Below, piece after piece: positions 48,952 to 58,121 of a stretch of 64,000 nt of DNA. Positions within the stretch are counted from its first letter, which is position 1, and every line of letters begins with the position of its first letter. A program made the position numbers and the translations under genes. Origin of the DNA: an uncultured archaeon (GTDB lineage: Archaea; Aenigmatarchaeota; Aenigmatarchaeia; CG10238-14); assembly GCA_964392445.1 (NCBI GenBank), contig CAYMPD010000002.1, positions 30,382-94,381 of the forward strand. Direction: 5' to 3'. Below the pieces are notes generated by a model that saw nothing but the letters and a program-made list of their open reading frames with translations, did no database searches and had not been told where the DNA came from.

Positions 48952-51828
48952 ATGTTGGGGGATTTCAATATGGATCTTTGTAAAAAAATAAAAATAGTTT
49001 CTATTTTCTTTTTAATGGTTTTTATAACCACGGAAGCAGTATTTTCAATTAAGTTGTGTGATATTCCTGCTTTTCAAAATCTACCATTCTGCATGGGTCA
49101 AAAACGTCCCTCAGGTGGAGATACACAGGCTTCATTTTTATGTAGATATTTGGGAATGGGATGTAAAGAGGTACATGACATTACAACCACCACCACTCTA
49201 GATATTTGTACTTCGGATGGAACTATGTATCAAGGAAGTTGTTGGTATAAGGCAGAACCTGGTTCTGGGAAAAGTTGTACGGAGATATGTTATGATCGTG
49301 GATTAGTGTGCGTACAACCTGACTGGGATTCGATGCCTCAAAATTGTGAATTATATGAGGCAATTGGAATTGATTGTTCAAGTAAAATGTGCAGAGAAGC
49401 TACTCATGGGATGGTACCATACAGTACTGATTATATGTGTTATTATAGAACAGATGATTCTGGATATGATTGTGACTTAAGTGGGAGAGTGGTGAATAGA
49501 GTATGTGCATGTGAGGTGCCTTCTACACCTCTAACCACAACCACTACGGTAGAATGCATATCACATTCCGTTCCTGACCCATGCAAAGGTTTTGAATTAT
49601 GTGGTCTGATTAGTTGTTGGGGTAGGAAAAGTTCAGATGAAAATTGGACTGAATGTTCTCAGTATGATTATGATGGTGACTGTAATGTAGATATTCTTGA
49701 TATATCAAGATGTATGTCAAATCTTCAGCGGGACAGCGAATTAGGATCTTACTGTAAATTGGATTCTGACTGCAATGAAGGTTTGAATTGTGATCTATGT
49801 TATTCAAATAAAGATGGAAATCAATTTGGTGAATGCACTACTACCGAAGTAGGACTTGAAAGTATACTCAAAGAAGTTTCAAGATCTGAAGAAATTTCAA
49901 AATATAATGAACCTGTATTGATGGAGGATTTGGGGTATACATATGAAGGAGGATCATGTGTTCAATTTTTAGGACCTATAGATGTTACTGGAGAATGGGT
50001 TGCCTGGTTAGAAGGTGGGAAAGCACTTCCTGTGAGCGAATTTTGCCCAGAGTATTTCAATGATTATCATATAATGAGAGGTAAACTTTCTTTAGATAGT
50101 GAGGGTAAGCCTATTATAACTGGCAAGGAGGAGATAGAAGTTGGTAATTATGATGAACATCCTTTTGATTATATTCCTGGTGGAACTGATCTCCATATAC
50201 TTGATGATGGCACTTTATTTTGGCAAAAGAGACTTAGCGAATGGCATAGGTATATAAAATTATTCATAGACGGTGAGGTAATTTTCCTAAATGGAGAAGA
50301 GCCTGAACCCTCTACTTTTGCTGAAACCCGTTATATCCGCGATATAATTAATGCAGGAATTGACCCTGAGCGGGGCCGGTATTTGTTTTGGATGAAAAGG
50401 GATAGAATTTATGATGGAAGACCAAATGGGTTGCCACCTTCCGAGGAATATAATGATGCAACTGTTACCTGGTTTGATACTGGTGAGGAATGGAATTTGG
50501 AATCACTTTATAATCGTGATGATTGGGAGAGAGCAATTTCATTTTATCCAATTTTAGATGGAGCTGGTTATTGGTTTATTGTTCATGACTCCTCAGGGAG
50601 TGAACTTAAAGTTAAAAAATTAGATAGTGACGCTAATATCGTTAATGAGTATTTTATTAACACGAGAAAACTGGATTATCCTTTCTTTGAGGGCATCCCC
50701 TTTTCAGATAAAATATTCATAGTCTCTGGAGATTATGGAAGAAATACTGAAGCGATTATTGTTGGTCAGGAAGGTATTGAAAAAAGGATAAATTTAGGGA
50801 AGACGGTAGGAAAAGGTCCTTCTGACAGGCTCTTAGAACCTGGAATGTTGGAGAATAATCCGGGTGTTCTATTCAAGAATTCCAGTGGAATAGAATATTT
50901 TGGTGGGGCTGATTTAGTACTTTTTTATGAAAGCACTTTCGGGTTCCCAAGAACACAAATTATAAGACCTGGTGCAGGGGGAAGAGAATATCAGTTTTAT
51001 ATGACAAATATATCTACAGGTAATGAAAACAAATTAAATATGGTTTTATATAGTGCTGATTATTTAACTTATAATGAACTTGGATATCCTAAATATCCTT
51101 GGTATGACGAAAATAATCTTGAATATAAATATGGTAAAAATTCTATTTTTGCTCAAAGATTTACCAGTGGAAAATGTAGTCTATCAACACTTATAGAAGC
51201 AGTTAATTGTGAAAATTCTGAACAAGGTGGTGGTTCATGGGAAGAATGTAAGATTTACGATTTGAATATAGATGATAAAGTTGATAGTTATGATTTTCAG
51301 GAGTGCATTTCAAGTTTAGGGACCGATGGGGCCTTAGGTTCTGTATGTAAAGATGATATGCCATGTGGTTCAAGACTTGATTGTGAAGTCATGTTTGAAT
51401 TTTCAGATGGGGGGCATGCAGGAGAATGTGTTTTACCGAAACCCGATTTTATAATAGAAGATATATGGTTATGTGGGCAAAACAATGAGAATATTTGTTA
51501 CAGAATTAAAAATCAAGGCCAAGGTTATAGTTGGTTTGTACCTGAACAGAAGGAGGAATTTCTTAGAATTAAACTTGCTATTTATGACCAAAACGGTAAT
51601 TTAATTCCTGCTGACACCTATATTAATGAAGCTGAATATACTTTAAATCCGGGAGAATCTAAAGATTCGGTAATACGGTCCTACGATAACAGTGAATTGG
51701 TTCCTTATGATTGGGAGTGTTTGGGGGAGGAAAACACAATAGAAGTGACGGTTAATCCAATCCGGGATGAAGAGAACACAATCAACAATGGGCTAACCAA
51801 AACCTTTAGTTGTGATGTTCAAAACTGA
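48952..51828 (+). CDS. Giant secreted Cys-rich protein with two dockerin-like Ca-binding segments
   Basis: The N-terminus has a signal peptide. The segments YDYDGDCNVDILDISRCMSNL and YDLNIDDKVDSYDFQECISSL match dockerin/EF-hand-like loops. Each sits in a repeated ~90-aa Cys unit (…W.EC…LGS.CK.D..C…GEC). Confidence 0.55.
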   Translation: MLGDFNMDLCKKIKIVSIFFLMVFITTEAVFSIKLCDIPAFQNLPFCMGQKRPSGGDTQASFLCRYLGMGCKEVHDITTTTTLDICTSDGTMYQGSCWYKAEPGSGKSCTEICYDRGLVCVQPDWDSMPQNCELYEAIGIDCSSKMCREATHGMVPYSTDYMCYYRTDDSGYDCDLSGRVVNRVCACEVPSTPLTTTTTVECISHSVPDPCKGFELCGLISCWGRKSSDENWTECSQYDYDGDCNVDILDISRCMSNLQRDSELGSYCKLDSDCNEGLNCDLCYSNKDGNQFGECTTTEVGLESILKEVSRSEEISKYNEPVLMEDLGYTYEGGSCVQFLGPIDVTGEWVAWLEGGKALPVSEFCPEYFNDYHIMRGKLSLDSEGKPIITGKEEIEVGNYDEHPFDYIPGGTDLHILDDGTLFWQKRLSEWHRYIKLFIDGEVIFLNGEEPEPSTFAETRYIRDIINAGIDPERGRYLFWMKRDRIYDGRPNGLPPSEEYNDATVTWFDTGEEWNLESLYNRDDWERAISFYPILDGAGYWFIVHDSSGSELKVKKLDSDANIVNEYFINTRKLDYPFFEGIPFSDKIFIVSGDYGRNTEAIIVGQEGIEKRINLGKTVGKGPSDRLLEPGMLENNPGVLFKNSSGIEYFGGADLVLFYESTFGFPRTQIIRPGAGGREYQFYMTNISTGNENKLNMVLYSADYLTYNELGYPKYPWYDENNLEYKYGKNSIFAQRFTSGKCSLSTLIEAVNCENSEQGGGSWEECKIYDLNIDDKVDSYDFQECISSLGTDGALGSVCKDDMPCGSRLDCEVMFEFSDGGHAGECVLPKPDFIIEDIWLCGQNNENICYRIKNQGQGYSWFVPEQKEEFLRIKLAIYDQNGNLIPADTYINEAEYTLNPGESKDSVIRSYDNSELVPYDWECLGEENTIEVTVNPIRDEENTINNGLTKTFSCDVQN

Positions 51829-52001
51829 CCTTGGAAAGAATTTACAATAGACTATTCTAGTGAGATTATTGTTTCATTTTTCTTCCCTTCAAGTTCATCG
51901 GGGGTTTCTATTTTGGAAGTCAGATAAAACTTACCCATCAAAATAAAATTAGATAGATGTGGACAAAAAAGTTAAGATATGATAGAATTTTACCGAATTA
52001 T

Positions 52002-52508
52002 TCACCTTATTAACCCAGTCATGTCATCATACTTGTACTCTTGGATTATTGATGAGCTTTCATAATCTTTGATTAAATCGGAGTAATTTACCCTTATCTG
52101 TGTCATTATCTCGTCGAAATGTTTAAGATTGTTTGATGCGACGTTTATTATAATATCCCATTTGCCAGAAGTTTTTGCAACATAAGTGATGTTTGGATGA
52201 GTTTTTAGGAACATGAGAAATTTCTTTTCTTTTTCTTGGTCGAAGTTATGAAGCGTAAAATTAACAAAAGTATAGACTGGATATCCAAGTATAGATGGAT
52301 TCAGGACGGTATGATAGAATCTAATTACTTTCCTTTTCTTCATCTTTCTCATTCTATAAAGGACTGTGTCTCTTGGAATTCCTGTTTTTCTGCTGATATC
52401 TGCTATTGAACTTCTGGATTTTTTATCTAAAACTTTCAGTATTTTTTGGTCTTTTTCATCCAACTCAACACTTTTACCATAACTGATCAAATAGCCTCTG
52501 TTTTTCAT
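52002..52508 (-). CDS. Lrp/AsnC-family transcriptional regulator
   Basis: The N-terminal HTH is DQKILKVLDKKSRSSIADISRKTGIPRDTVLYRMRKM. The C-terminus is a RAM domain. Confidence 0.7.
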   Translation of the reverse strand: MKNRGYLISYGKSVELDEKDQKILKVLDKKSRSSIADISRKTGIPRDTVLYRMRKMKKRKVIRFYHTVLNPSILGYPVYTFVNFTLHNFDQEKEKKFLMFLKTHPNITYVAKTSGKWDIIINVASNNLKHFDEIMTQIRVNYSDLIKDYESSSIIQEYKYDDMTGLIR

Positions 52509-52581
52509 AATTACTTATAGTAGGTAAAATATTTAAAATTATTACTTATTTTACTTAATTTTTAAGGAATAAATTTATTAC

Positions 52582-52935
52582 ATGGGGATTTCTAATATCC
52601 ATTTCATGAGATATTTGATACAAAAAACAACAGGAACCTTGAGTGGTAGAAGATATGGTACAGGCGGGGCACAAGCCGAGTTTAGAAGAAGAGGTAATTG
52701 TAGGGATTATTCAGGAGCTAGAGATAGAGAACCACCAACGGAATTTCAAAAAAGAATACTTAGGGTATATGATGAGACAGGACCCGATTATTTAGAAATA
52801 GCTACAAAAATGGGAAGAGATCCTTTAGGTATTAAAATGGAAATAAATAAATTATGTGACCGTCTACTTATCACCCCCGGAACACTTAGTTTATCTGAAG
52901 CTTATGAGATATGTAAAACTACAGGTTGGTTATGA
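52582..52935 (+). CDS. Hypothetical protein with possible HTH
   Basis: 117 aa. The segment YLEIATKMGRDPLGIKMEINKL looks HTH-like. It lies in a region of intermediate GC content. Confidence 0.35.
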   Translation: MGISNIHFMRYLIQKTTGTLSGRRYGTGGAQAEFRRRGNCRDYSGARDREPPTEFQKRILRVYDETGPDYLEIATKMGRDPLGIKMEINKLCDRLLITPGTLSLSEAYEICKTTGWL

Positions 52936-52956
52936 ATTAATAGAGTAGTGATTTAA

Positions 52957-53313
52957 ATGGTAGATAGAATAAGACTTTCAAATCGAATGGCTGGAATTCT
53001 ATCAGCCTGTAGTTTAGATAGAAATAGTTCAGCATTATACAGAGAGATTGTTGAAAGTGGAGCGGTGGATCAGATTAGAAGAGATATTATAGTCGAAGAC
53101 GTTTTAGCTGTTTTTGAATTTCACGGAGAAAACTCTCATATACGTAATTATAGTAGTAGACCCTCCCCACATGAAGAGATTTTATCCCATATTTTAACGT
53201 TATTACCATCAGAATTCTCTAGGGAAATACAAAACAGATACGAGATGAAAGGTTATTTGGAACGGGAAGATATAAAAGTTTGTTATAAGAGATTAGTAGG
53301 AAGAAGTGAATAA
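52957..53313 (+). CDS. Hypothetical protein
   Basis: 118-aa ORF; 8-nt overlap with the next gene. Confidence 0.35.
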   Translation: MVDRIRLSNRMAGILSACSLDRNSSALYREIVESGAVDQIRRDIIVEDVLAVFEFHGENSHIRNYSSRPSPHEEILSHILTLLPSEFSREIQNRYEMKGYLEREDIKVCYKRLVGRSE

Positions 53314-53692
53314 TATGGACGAATTCGGTAGATATACAGGACAAGGAGAAGTAACTATAGCTCTACGTAATATGGGAGCGTGTTTACATTATTTTATTTT
53401 TGGGGGACACCTTCATGAAAGACATGCTGTAGCAGGACCTTTTGATCACAATGAAAAAGCTAAAGGGGCAGCAGAAAGGAAAGCTAGGCGGTTGAATCGA
53501 CACGTTTATCGTGACTCAAACTTTCCTGTAGAAAGAGGAGGTTATGCTGTTAAATTTGTGGAACAGGGAGAAAGATATTTAGAATGGACTGTTGGACTTG
53601 TACATCACCGAAAATTCGGGCCAATGGGATTAATAGACGATGAAATAATACATGGATGTTCTGATGTTTTTCATTTACCACCAGAATACTAG
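53306..53692 (+). CDS. Hypothetical protein
   Basis: 128-aa ORF. Confidence 0.35.
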   Translation: MNNMDEFGRYTGQGEVTIALRNMGACLHYFIFGGHLHERHAVAGPFDHNEKAKGAAERKARRLNRHVYRDSNFPVERGGYAVKFVEQGERYLEWTVGLVHHRKFGPMGLIDDEIIHGCSDVFHLPPEY

Positions 53693-53844
53693 GAACTACC
53701 CGATGAACCAGATAATCTTTGGTAGGTTTTTTCTCTTATAAAATCTAAAATAGAGTAATTTTACTTAAAATAGAAAATTTATTTTCATCTTATTCCAGAG
53801 TAGGTTTTTTATTTCCAAATTTCTATATTTAAAATCTGATAAAT

Positions 53845-54072
53845 ATGGGATATAACGATATTTTTCGTGGAAGAGTACATTTTAATCCAGATGCAACTAG
53901 AAGGAGATGGACTTTAGAAACCGACGATACTAGGCATTACGCTTCTTTAGGGGAATTACTAAGTTCATATCAATTCAATCCAGGCGAAGAAAAACAATTG
54001 AAAGAAGTTAGAGCTGCTTCCAAACGCGCTACAGTCCCCATACCACCTCAAACAGGAAGATATTCTTTGTAA
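53845..54072 (+). CDS. Hypothetical small protein
   Basis: 75-aa ORF. Confidence 0.3.
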   Translation: MGYNDIFRGRVHFNPDATRRRWTLETDDTRHYASLGELLSSYQFNPGEEKQLKEVRAASKRATVPIPPQTGRYSL

Positions 54073-54284
54073 AATAAAGTTTGATAATTATTTTTTTGCA
54101 ATAAAAAAACTCTCTATTCTACACTCACGCCGAGGTAGGGAGAAACTACAGTTGTTCAAATCCTAATTCTCAAAAATTTATTGGATTTCTGGGTATTTAT
54201 TAATTATATATCAAATAATGATATATTGATATAAATAGAAAATCTTCTTGTTGAGAGAAGACTTTCTATTGAGGGACGAATATG

Positions 54285-55427
54285 CTATTCGCCCCTCTTG
54301 ATCTCGGTAACGACCCCGAGTCGATTGACTCGGGCCGAGAAGATCTGACCGACCCTGAAGTGGGACCATTCGCCGTAATCACAGGAATACTTCCGAGTTT
54401 TCTCCTTCCTATTGACGAAGACGACACTGTAGTTCTCCGATCTCCCGGATTCCCGTTCATTTCCAGCGAGGGTGACTCCTGGCCAGTACGCTTCGTGGTC
54501 ATCTCCAGAAGCCCTCTCTGTCCTGTCATGAACCCACCTATCCACTTGGTAGGTGTATTTGGTCTTATAGACCGGTTCATCACAGTACTTGGTCACCGTC
54601 CTGTATTTCGTTTCACAGCGGGTCTCATAGACTGGGCGCCTGCATTCTATGTCCTCGAAGTAACCATTTCCCAGGTCTCTTTGACCACAGACGTAGGTCT
54701 CTGTCCCCACTTGAACTTGTTCGCAGTCTTGGTAGGACTCCTGCTCTGTCCCACAAGCGACCTGATCGTAGTGGTGGATTTCCCTGCTCTGTGAGACGAT
54801 ACGAGCGTCCCCGGGAAGTTCGCCCTCCCATCCGGTACGGGTGACTGTGCGGAAGGATTCGATGCTGACGGATCGTTTCCAGTTGAATCCTGCCACCTTC
54901 AGGGTCTCGTCGTGGGGGACGAGGATGAAGACCAAGAGAAGGATCATACCAACGATACCTGCAGCGATTGCGATGCTTTGCCATGGGATAGAAAGTCCCG
55001 TCTCTCTGATACTTCGGGGGAAGTCTAGTTCCCCCAGTGAAGGGCTACCCGTCATCGTCTTCCCAGATGTAGGGTGAGATTGGGAGCGAGTTCTCTTCTC
55101 CCGTGCCTCTTCACCGCTTCTGGGGACTTCATCGAGGTCGTAGTCCCTTACTTCGCGGCTGGGTGATGTTCCCCTCTCAGCACCACATTGCATGCATTTA
55201 CTATGAGTTGCCCGGTTGGACGTCCCACAGAAGTTACATATCCAGTCCGGTCCAGCCTTCGCTTCGGCGATCTTCTCTGGGATTCGAACTTCGGGTTCCC
55301 CTTCAGGTAGGTAAAAATCCACTTCTGCTCCACGGGGGCGTCCGCATCCAGGACACTTCATCACGCTACCTCGGATACCCGTTGTCCCGCAATACTTACA
55401 GTCCCAACGTCCTTCTCGGATAGCCAT
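54285..55427 (-). CDS. Double zinc-ribbon membrane protein, GC-rich island gene 1
   Basis: The N-terminus has CKYCG…CPGCG and CNFCG…CMQCG (two ribbons). An S/T/E-rich linker follows. The TM segment is IAIAAGIVGMILLLVFILV. A ~210-aa extracytoplasmic domain contains 8 Cys. The gene lies in strongly GC-enriched DNA. Confidence 0.6.
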   Translation of the reverse strand: MAIREGRWDCKYCGTTGIRGSVMKCPGCGRPRGAEVDFYLPEGEPEVRIPEKIAEAKAGPDWICNFCGTSNRATHSKCMQCGAERGTSPSREVRDYDLDEVPRSGEEAREKRTRSQSHPTSGKTMTGSPSLGELDFPRSIRETGLSIPWQSIAIAAGIVGMILLLVFILVPHDETLKVAGFNWKRSVSIESFRTVTRTGWEGELPGDARIVSQSREIHHYDQVACGTEQESYQDCEQVQVGTETYVCGQRDLGNGYFEDIECRRPVYETRCETKYRTVTKYCDEPVYKTKYTYQVDRWVHDRTERASGDDHEAYWPGVTLAGNERESGRSENYSVVFVNRKEKTRKYSCDYGEWSHFRVGQIFSARVNRLGVVTEIKRGE

Positions 55428-55511
55428 TGTTTTGCTCCTTTCTAGGAAGGTTTATCAAGAGAGGAGGGAAAATCAGTCGGAAGATATCCCCTCCTCTATT
55501 CTGATCGTCAT

Positions 55512-56498
55512 CTACTGGGTCGGGACACAGGGTTGTACATCCATGTTGCCGTAGCCGGTCGTGGAGATGATGAGGTTCTCAGGTGGCCTCTCAAGGCTAA
55601 GTAGCCACTGAAGCGTCAAGAACCTGATTACAGCGTCTTCACTCTCGATGCCAAGTGACCGCATAGCATCTAGCTGACCTCGAGTCAGCTTCTCCAGAAC
55701 CTGGATATCTGTGTCGGCTTTGTAGTTCTTTGTCTGCCTCTCGATCGCAGCAGCGTCAAACTCTGCCTGTTCCTTTGCTGACAAAGTCTGTGCCACGACG
55801 GTGTCGTCGAAGGCCTTAGCCACCTCTGGGTTGGTGAAGTCCCAGAAAGCAAGGGAAACCCTCACCAGAGGAACCTGTTCGGCTTCAAACCAGCTACCAG
55901 TCTCTGTGTTGATGCTCTTTACCACTGCTCCCCTCTCGGCGGTCAGGTTAGCTGGCGTATATTCCTTGACCGCTTCGGCGACCTTCGGCGCGAGTTGGTT
56001 CCCCCATGCCGCCTTGATCGTCTCGAAGTTGAACGTATTGTACTCGGTGACATGTTCTACCCAATCGACCCTGGAGAGATCGAGATAGAAGCAGGTCGTC
56101 AGCTTGACCTCATATCCACCTTTGACAGATGGTAGGAAGTCCCAACATACCTCCTGTTGGGTACCTGCCGGGAACTTCTTGACCTCGCTGGAGAGGATCG
56201 GTCGGGTCGTCAGACCCGATTCCCTCATCGAGCCTACTATGCTACCGGTGGTCTTATCGAGGACGATGCCCTGTTGGTTGAAGGGTATCACTCTGTGTGT
56301 GAGGGAGAAATGTGACCCCAGACCAAAGAGGAAAGTACTCAACAGGAAGACCACCGCAAGTATGACTCGCTTCCTCTTGTTGGCGTACTGGTCGAAGTAC
56401 GTGATTGCCATCCATAGGGTGAGAACAAAGCTCACCAACCCCAGGATGATGAAGAGGGTGGCCGCCCATCCATTTGCTAACCAACCTAAGACTGACAT
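55512..56498 (-). CDS. SPFH/band-7-like membrane protein, GC-rich island gene 2
   Basis: Two N-terminal TM helices are followed by a ~250-aa domain whose C-terminal part is Ala/Glu/Gln-rich helical (…AKEQAEFDAAAIERQTKNYKADTDIQVLEKL…), as in stomatin/prohibitin-family proteins. The assignment is tentative. Confidence 0.45.
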   Translation of the reverse strand: MSVLGWLANGWAATLFIILGLVSFVLTLWMAITYFDQYANKRKRVILAVVFLLSTFLFGLGSHFSLTHRVIPFNQQGIVLDKTTGSIVGSMRESGLTTRPILSSEVKKFPAGTQQEVCWDFLPSVKGGYEVKLTTCFYLDLSRVDWVEHVTEYNTFNFETIKAAWGNQLAPKVAEAVKEYTPANLTAERGAVVKSINTETGSWFEAEQVPLVRVSLAFWDFTNPEVAKAFDDTVVAQTLSAKEQAEFDAAAIERQTKNYKADTDIQVLEKLTRGQLDAMRSLGIESEDAVIRFLTLQWLLSLERPPENLIISTTGYGNMDVQPCVPTQ

Positions 56499-56602
56499 GA
56501 TGTGTCTCCTTTCGGTAATTGCTTACGGATTTACAATTGGGTCAAGTCCTCGCGCGAAAAGGATCGGCCAACAAGTTACCTTATATTCTTCTTGGATTCA
56601 AC

Positions 56603-57175
56603 TCAACCAGGAATGGAGATGAGTATCAGGATCGCGGCGCCGATTGCTACGACGATCATGATCACGATGACCGCGGCGAATGCTGGATTGATCGGTGATT
56701 TCTTACCCTCGAACTCCAGTAGGATGAGGTTTATCTCGGCCACGGCCAATTGCAGTTCCTCGGGGTGCATCATGTAATAGATGGACGTCTGTGGCGAACA
56801 CAGATTTCCATCACCATACAATACTCCTACCTCACCCGGAGCAAGTGGATGCTCACCAATGCAGGTCGCTCTTCCTCCGAATTCACCTTCCTCTTCTTCG
56901 GTGGGCATTCGATGACCATGCTGCTGGTGAATCTTGAGGGTCTGTTCCACACAGGGTTGCTCACCTTCGAAGTAGAAGACGAGGCCACCACAGTTCCCTA
57001 GATCGAAGCACTCCATGCAACCCGAACCGATTACAGTAGTCTGTCCCTCGTAGTTTCCTGGTGTTTGGGAACCATTATCTGCCTTGGGTAATGTATTTTC
57101 AGACATTTTTCTCCCTTTCGAACTTTGATTGAAACCATCGACAGGGTCGGGGATTCTGTAGTTATCCCTGACCAA
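56603..57175 (-). CDS. Small Cys-containing protein with C-terminal TM anchor, GC-rich island gene 3
   Basis: The soluble part has GSGCMECFDLGNCGG and further Cys/His residues. The C-terminal TM segment is AFAAVIVIMIVVAIGAAILILISIPG. The likely start is the internal Met MSENTLPK (about 57106). Confidence 0.5.
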   Translation of the reverse strand: MVRDNYRIPDPVDGFNQSSKGRKMSENTLPKADNGSQTPGNYEGQTTVIGSGCMECFDLGNCGGLVFYFEGEQPCVEQTLKIHQQHGHRMPTEEEEGEFGGRATCIGEHPLAPGEVGVLYGDGNLCSPQTSIYYMMHPEELQLAVAEINLILLEFEGKKSPINPAFAAVIVIMIVVAIGAAILILISIPG

Positions 57176-57290
57176 CGGGTGTTTGGACTAAAGTCCTTCT
57201 GATTCACCTCCTTTGAATGACTAAAGGAAACTAACAAATCCAACCTAGCTTCCAAGATATCAAGAACTTGGTTGGTAAGCCCTATCAAGG

Positions 57291-57364
57291 TGCCTCAGGA
57301 GGGATTTGAACCCACAACCTTCGGTATTGGAGACCGCTGCTCTACCTGGTTGAGCTAATGAGGC
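57291..57364 (-). tRNA. tRNA-Trp (anticodon CCA)
   Basis: The reverse complement folds as GCCTCAT-TA-GCTC…GAGC-A-GCGGT-CTCCAAT-ACCGA-…GTGGG-TTCAAAT-CCCTC-CTGAGGC-A. The anticodon loop is CU-CCA-AU. The T-loop is TTCAAAT. Three stem-closing mismatches lower confidence. No CCA is encoded. Confidence 0.6.
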
Positions 57365-57367
57365 TAG

Positions 57368-57440
57368 TGGTGGCGGAGAGGGACTCGAACCCTCAACACG
57401 GAGGTTATGAGCCTCCGCTCTACCATTGAGCTACTCCACC
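57368..57440 (-). tRNA. tRNA-Met (anticodon CAT), elongator type
   Basis: The reverse complement is GGTGGAG-TA-GCTCAATGGTAGAGC-GGAGG-CTCATAA-CCTCC-…GGGTTCGAGTCCC…CGCCACCA. The anticodon stem is perfect and the loop is CU-CAT-AA. It lies 3 nt upstream of tRNA-Trp on the same strand. Confidence 0.7.
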
Positions 57441-58121
57441 AGAAATAGTATCTCAAGACAACCAAGATAATCAATCGATCCAATCCACACTAAAGGTATC
57501 TCCTACATGGAGACTGCCCAAAGTGGGCGGAAAGACCTTTTCTCGTTATCTGAGAGATTAGTCTTATTTACTTGTATTGTGAAAGCAACGCAAGACAATC
57601 TCAGACTTACATTACTATTACATTAGAATTATAGTAAAATTTAAATACTTAATGGTAGTGACAACTAATAACTAGTTTCAACCTTCATGATTTTCCATAA
57701 ATTAGGAATTATTAATTTCTTCTCTATGTTCCATTATATTTTCTTTCAATTCTTTTGGTTCTAAATAAATACCATATTGGGGTAATACTTTGTCGCAAAT
57801 AGTTTTAACCTTGTAGTCGAAATCAGGGCTATCAATCTGTTTGAAAAGGTTTTTATTGTTTCCCTGAATTTAGTTTTCCCTATTTTTGTGTTTTCTTTTA
57901 TAAGAACATCCGAAGCTATGGGAATAGATGTATTTGAAATAGGTTTTGACAAAAATCATGCACATATAAATATTTTAGAAAGGGGATTGCGATCCGTAGC
58001 TGAAATTACAAAAAAATCAAGAAGTTATAATTTTTGATGGAATTTCGGCAGGGAATTTTAGCTGTAAAAACAAAGTTTTAAATCCTTTTCGAACATTCCT
58101 TATTTTAAAGAGTGGAGATAT

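Noticed and set aside
54127-54165. Treating the 15-mer plus T-loop-like sequence as a bona fide tRNA pseudogene
   Set aside because: Only the last ~15 nt match tRNA-Ser. The remainder does not fold into a D or anticodon arm. It is kept only as a possible att remnant, with chance explicitly considered.
54282-55423. Several overlapping ORFs of 60-170 aa on both strands (54282..54794, 54625..54984, 54841..55077, 55103..55423, 55148..55333)
   Set aside because: They lie in the GC-rich island, where high GC lowers stop-codon frequency in all frames. They overlap the much longer, motif-bearing 54285..55427 gene.
57700-57960. Possible frameshifted small gene on the minus strand in the 680-bp spacer between tRNA-Met and the protease gene (frames give MSKPISNTSIPIASDV…KTF / …FKQIDSPDFDYKVKTICDKVLPQYGIYLEPKELKENIMEHREEINNS)
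   Set aside because: The second frame has no start codon and the join requires a frameshift. There is no recognisable motif, so I lack enough support to call a pseudogene.
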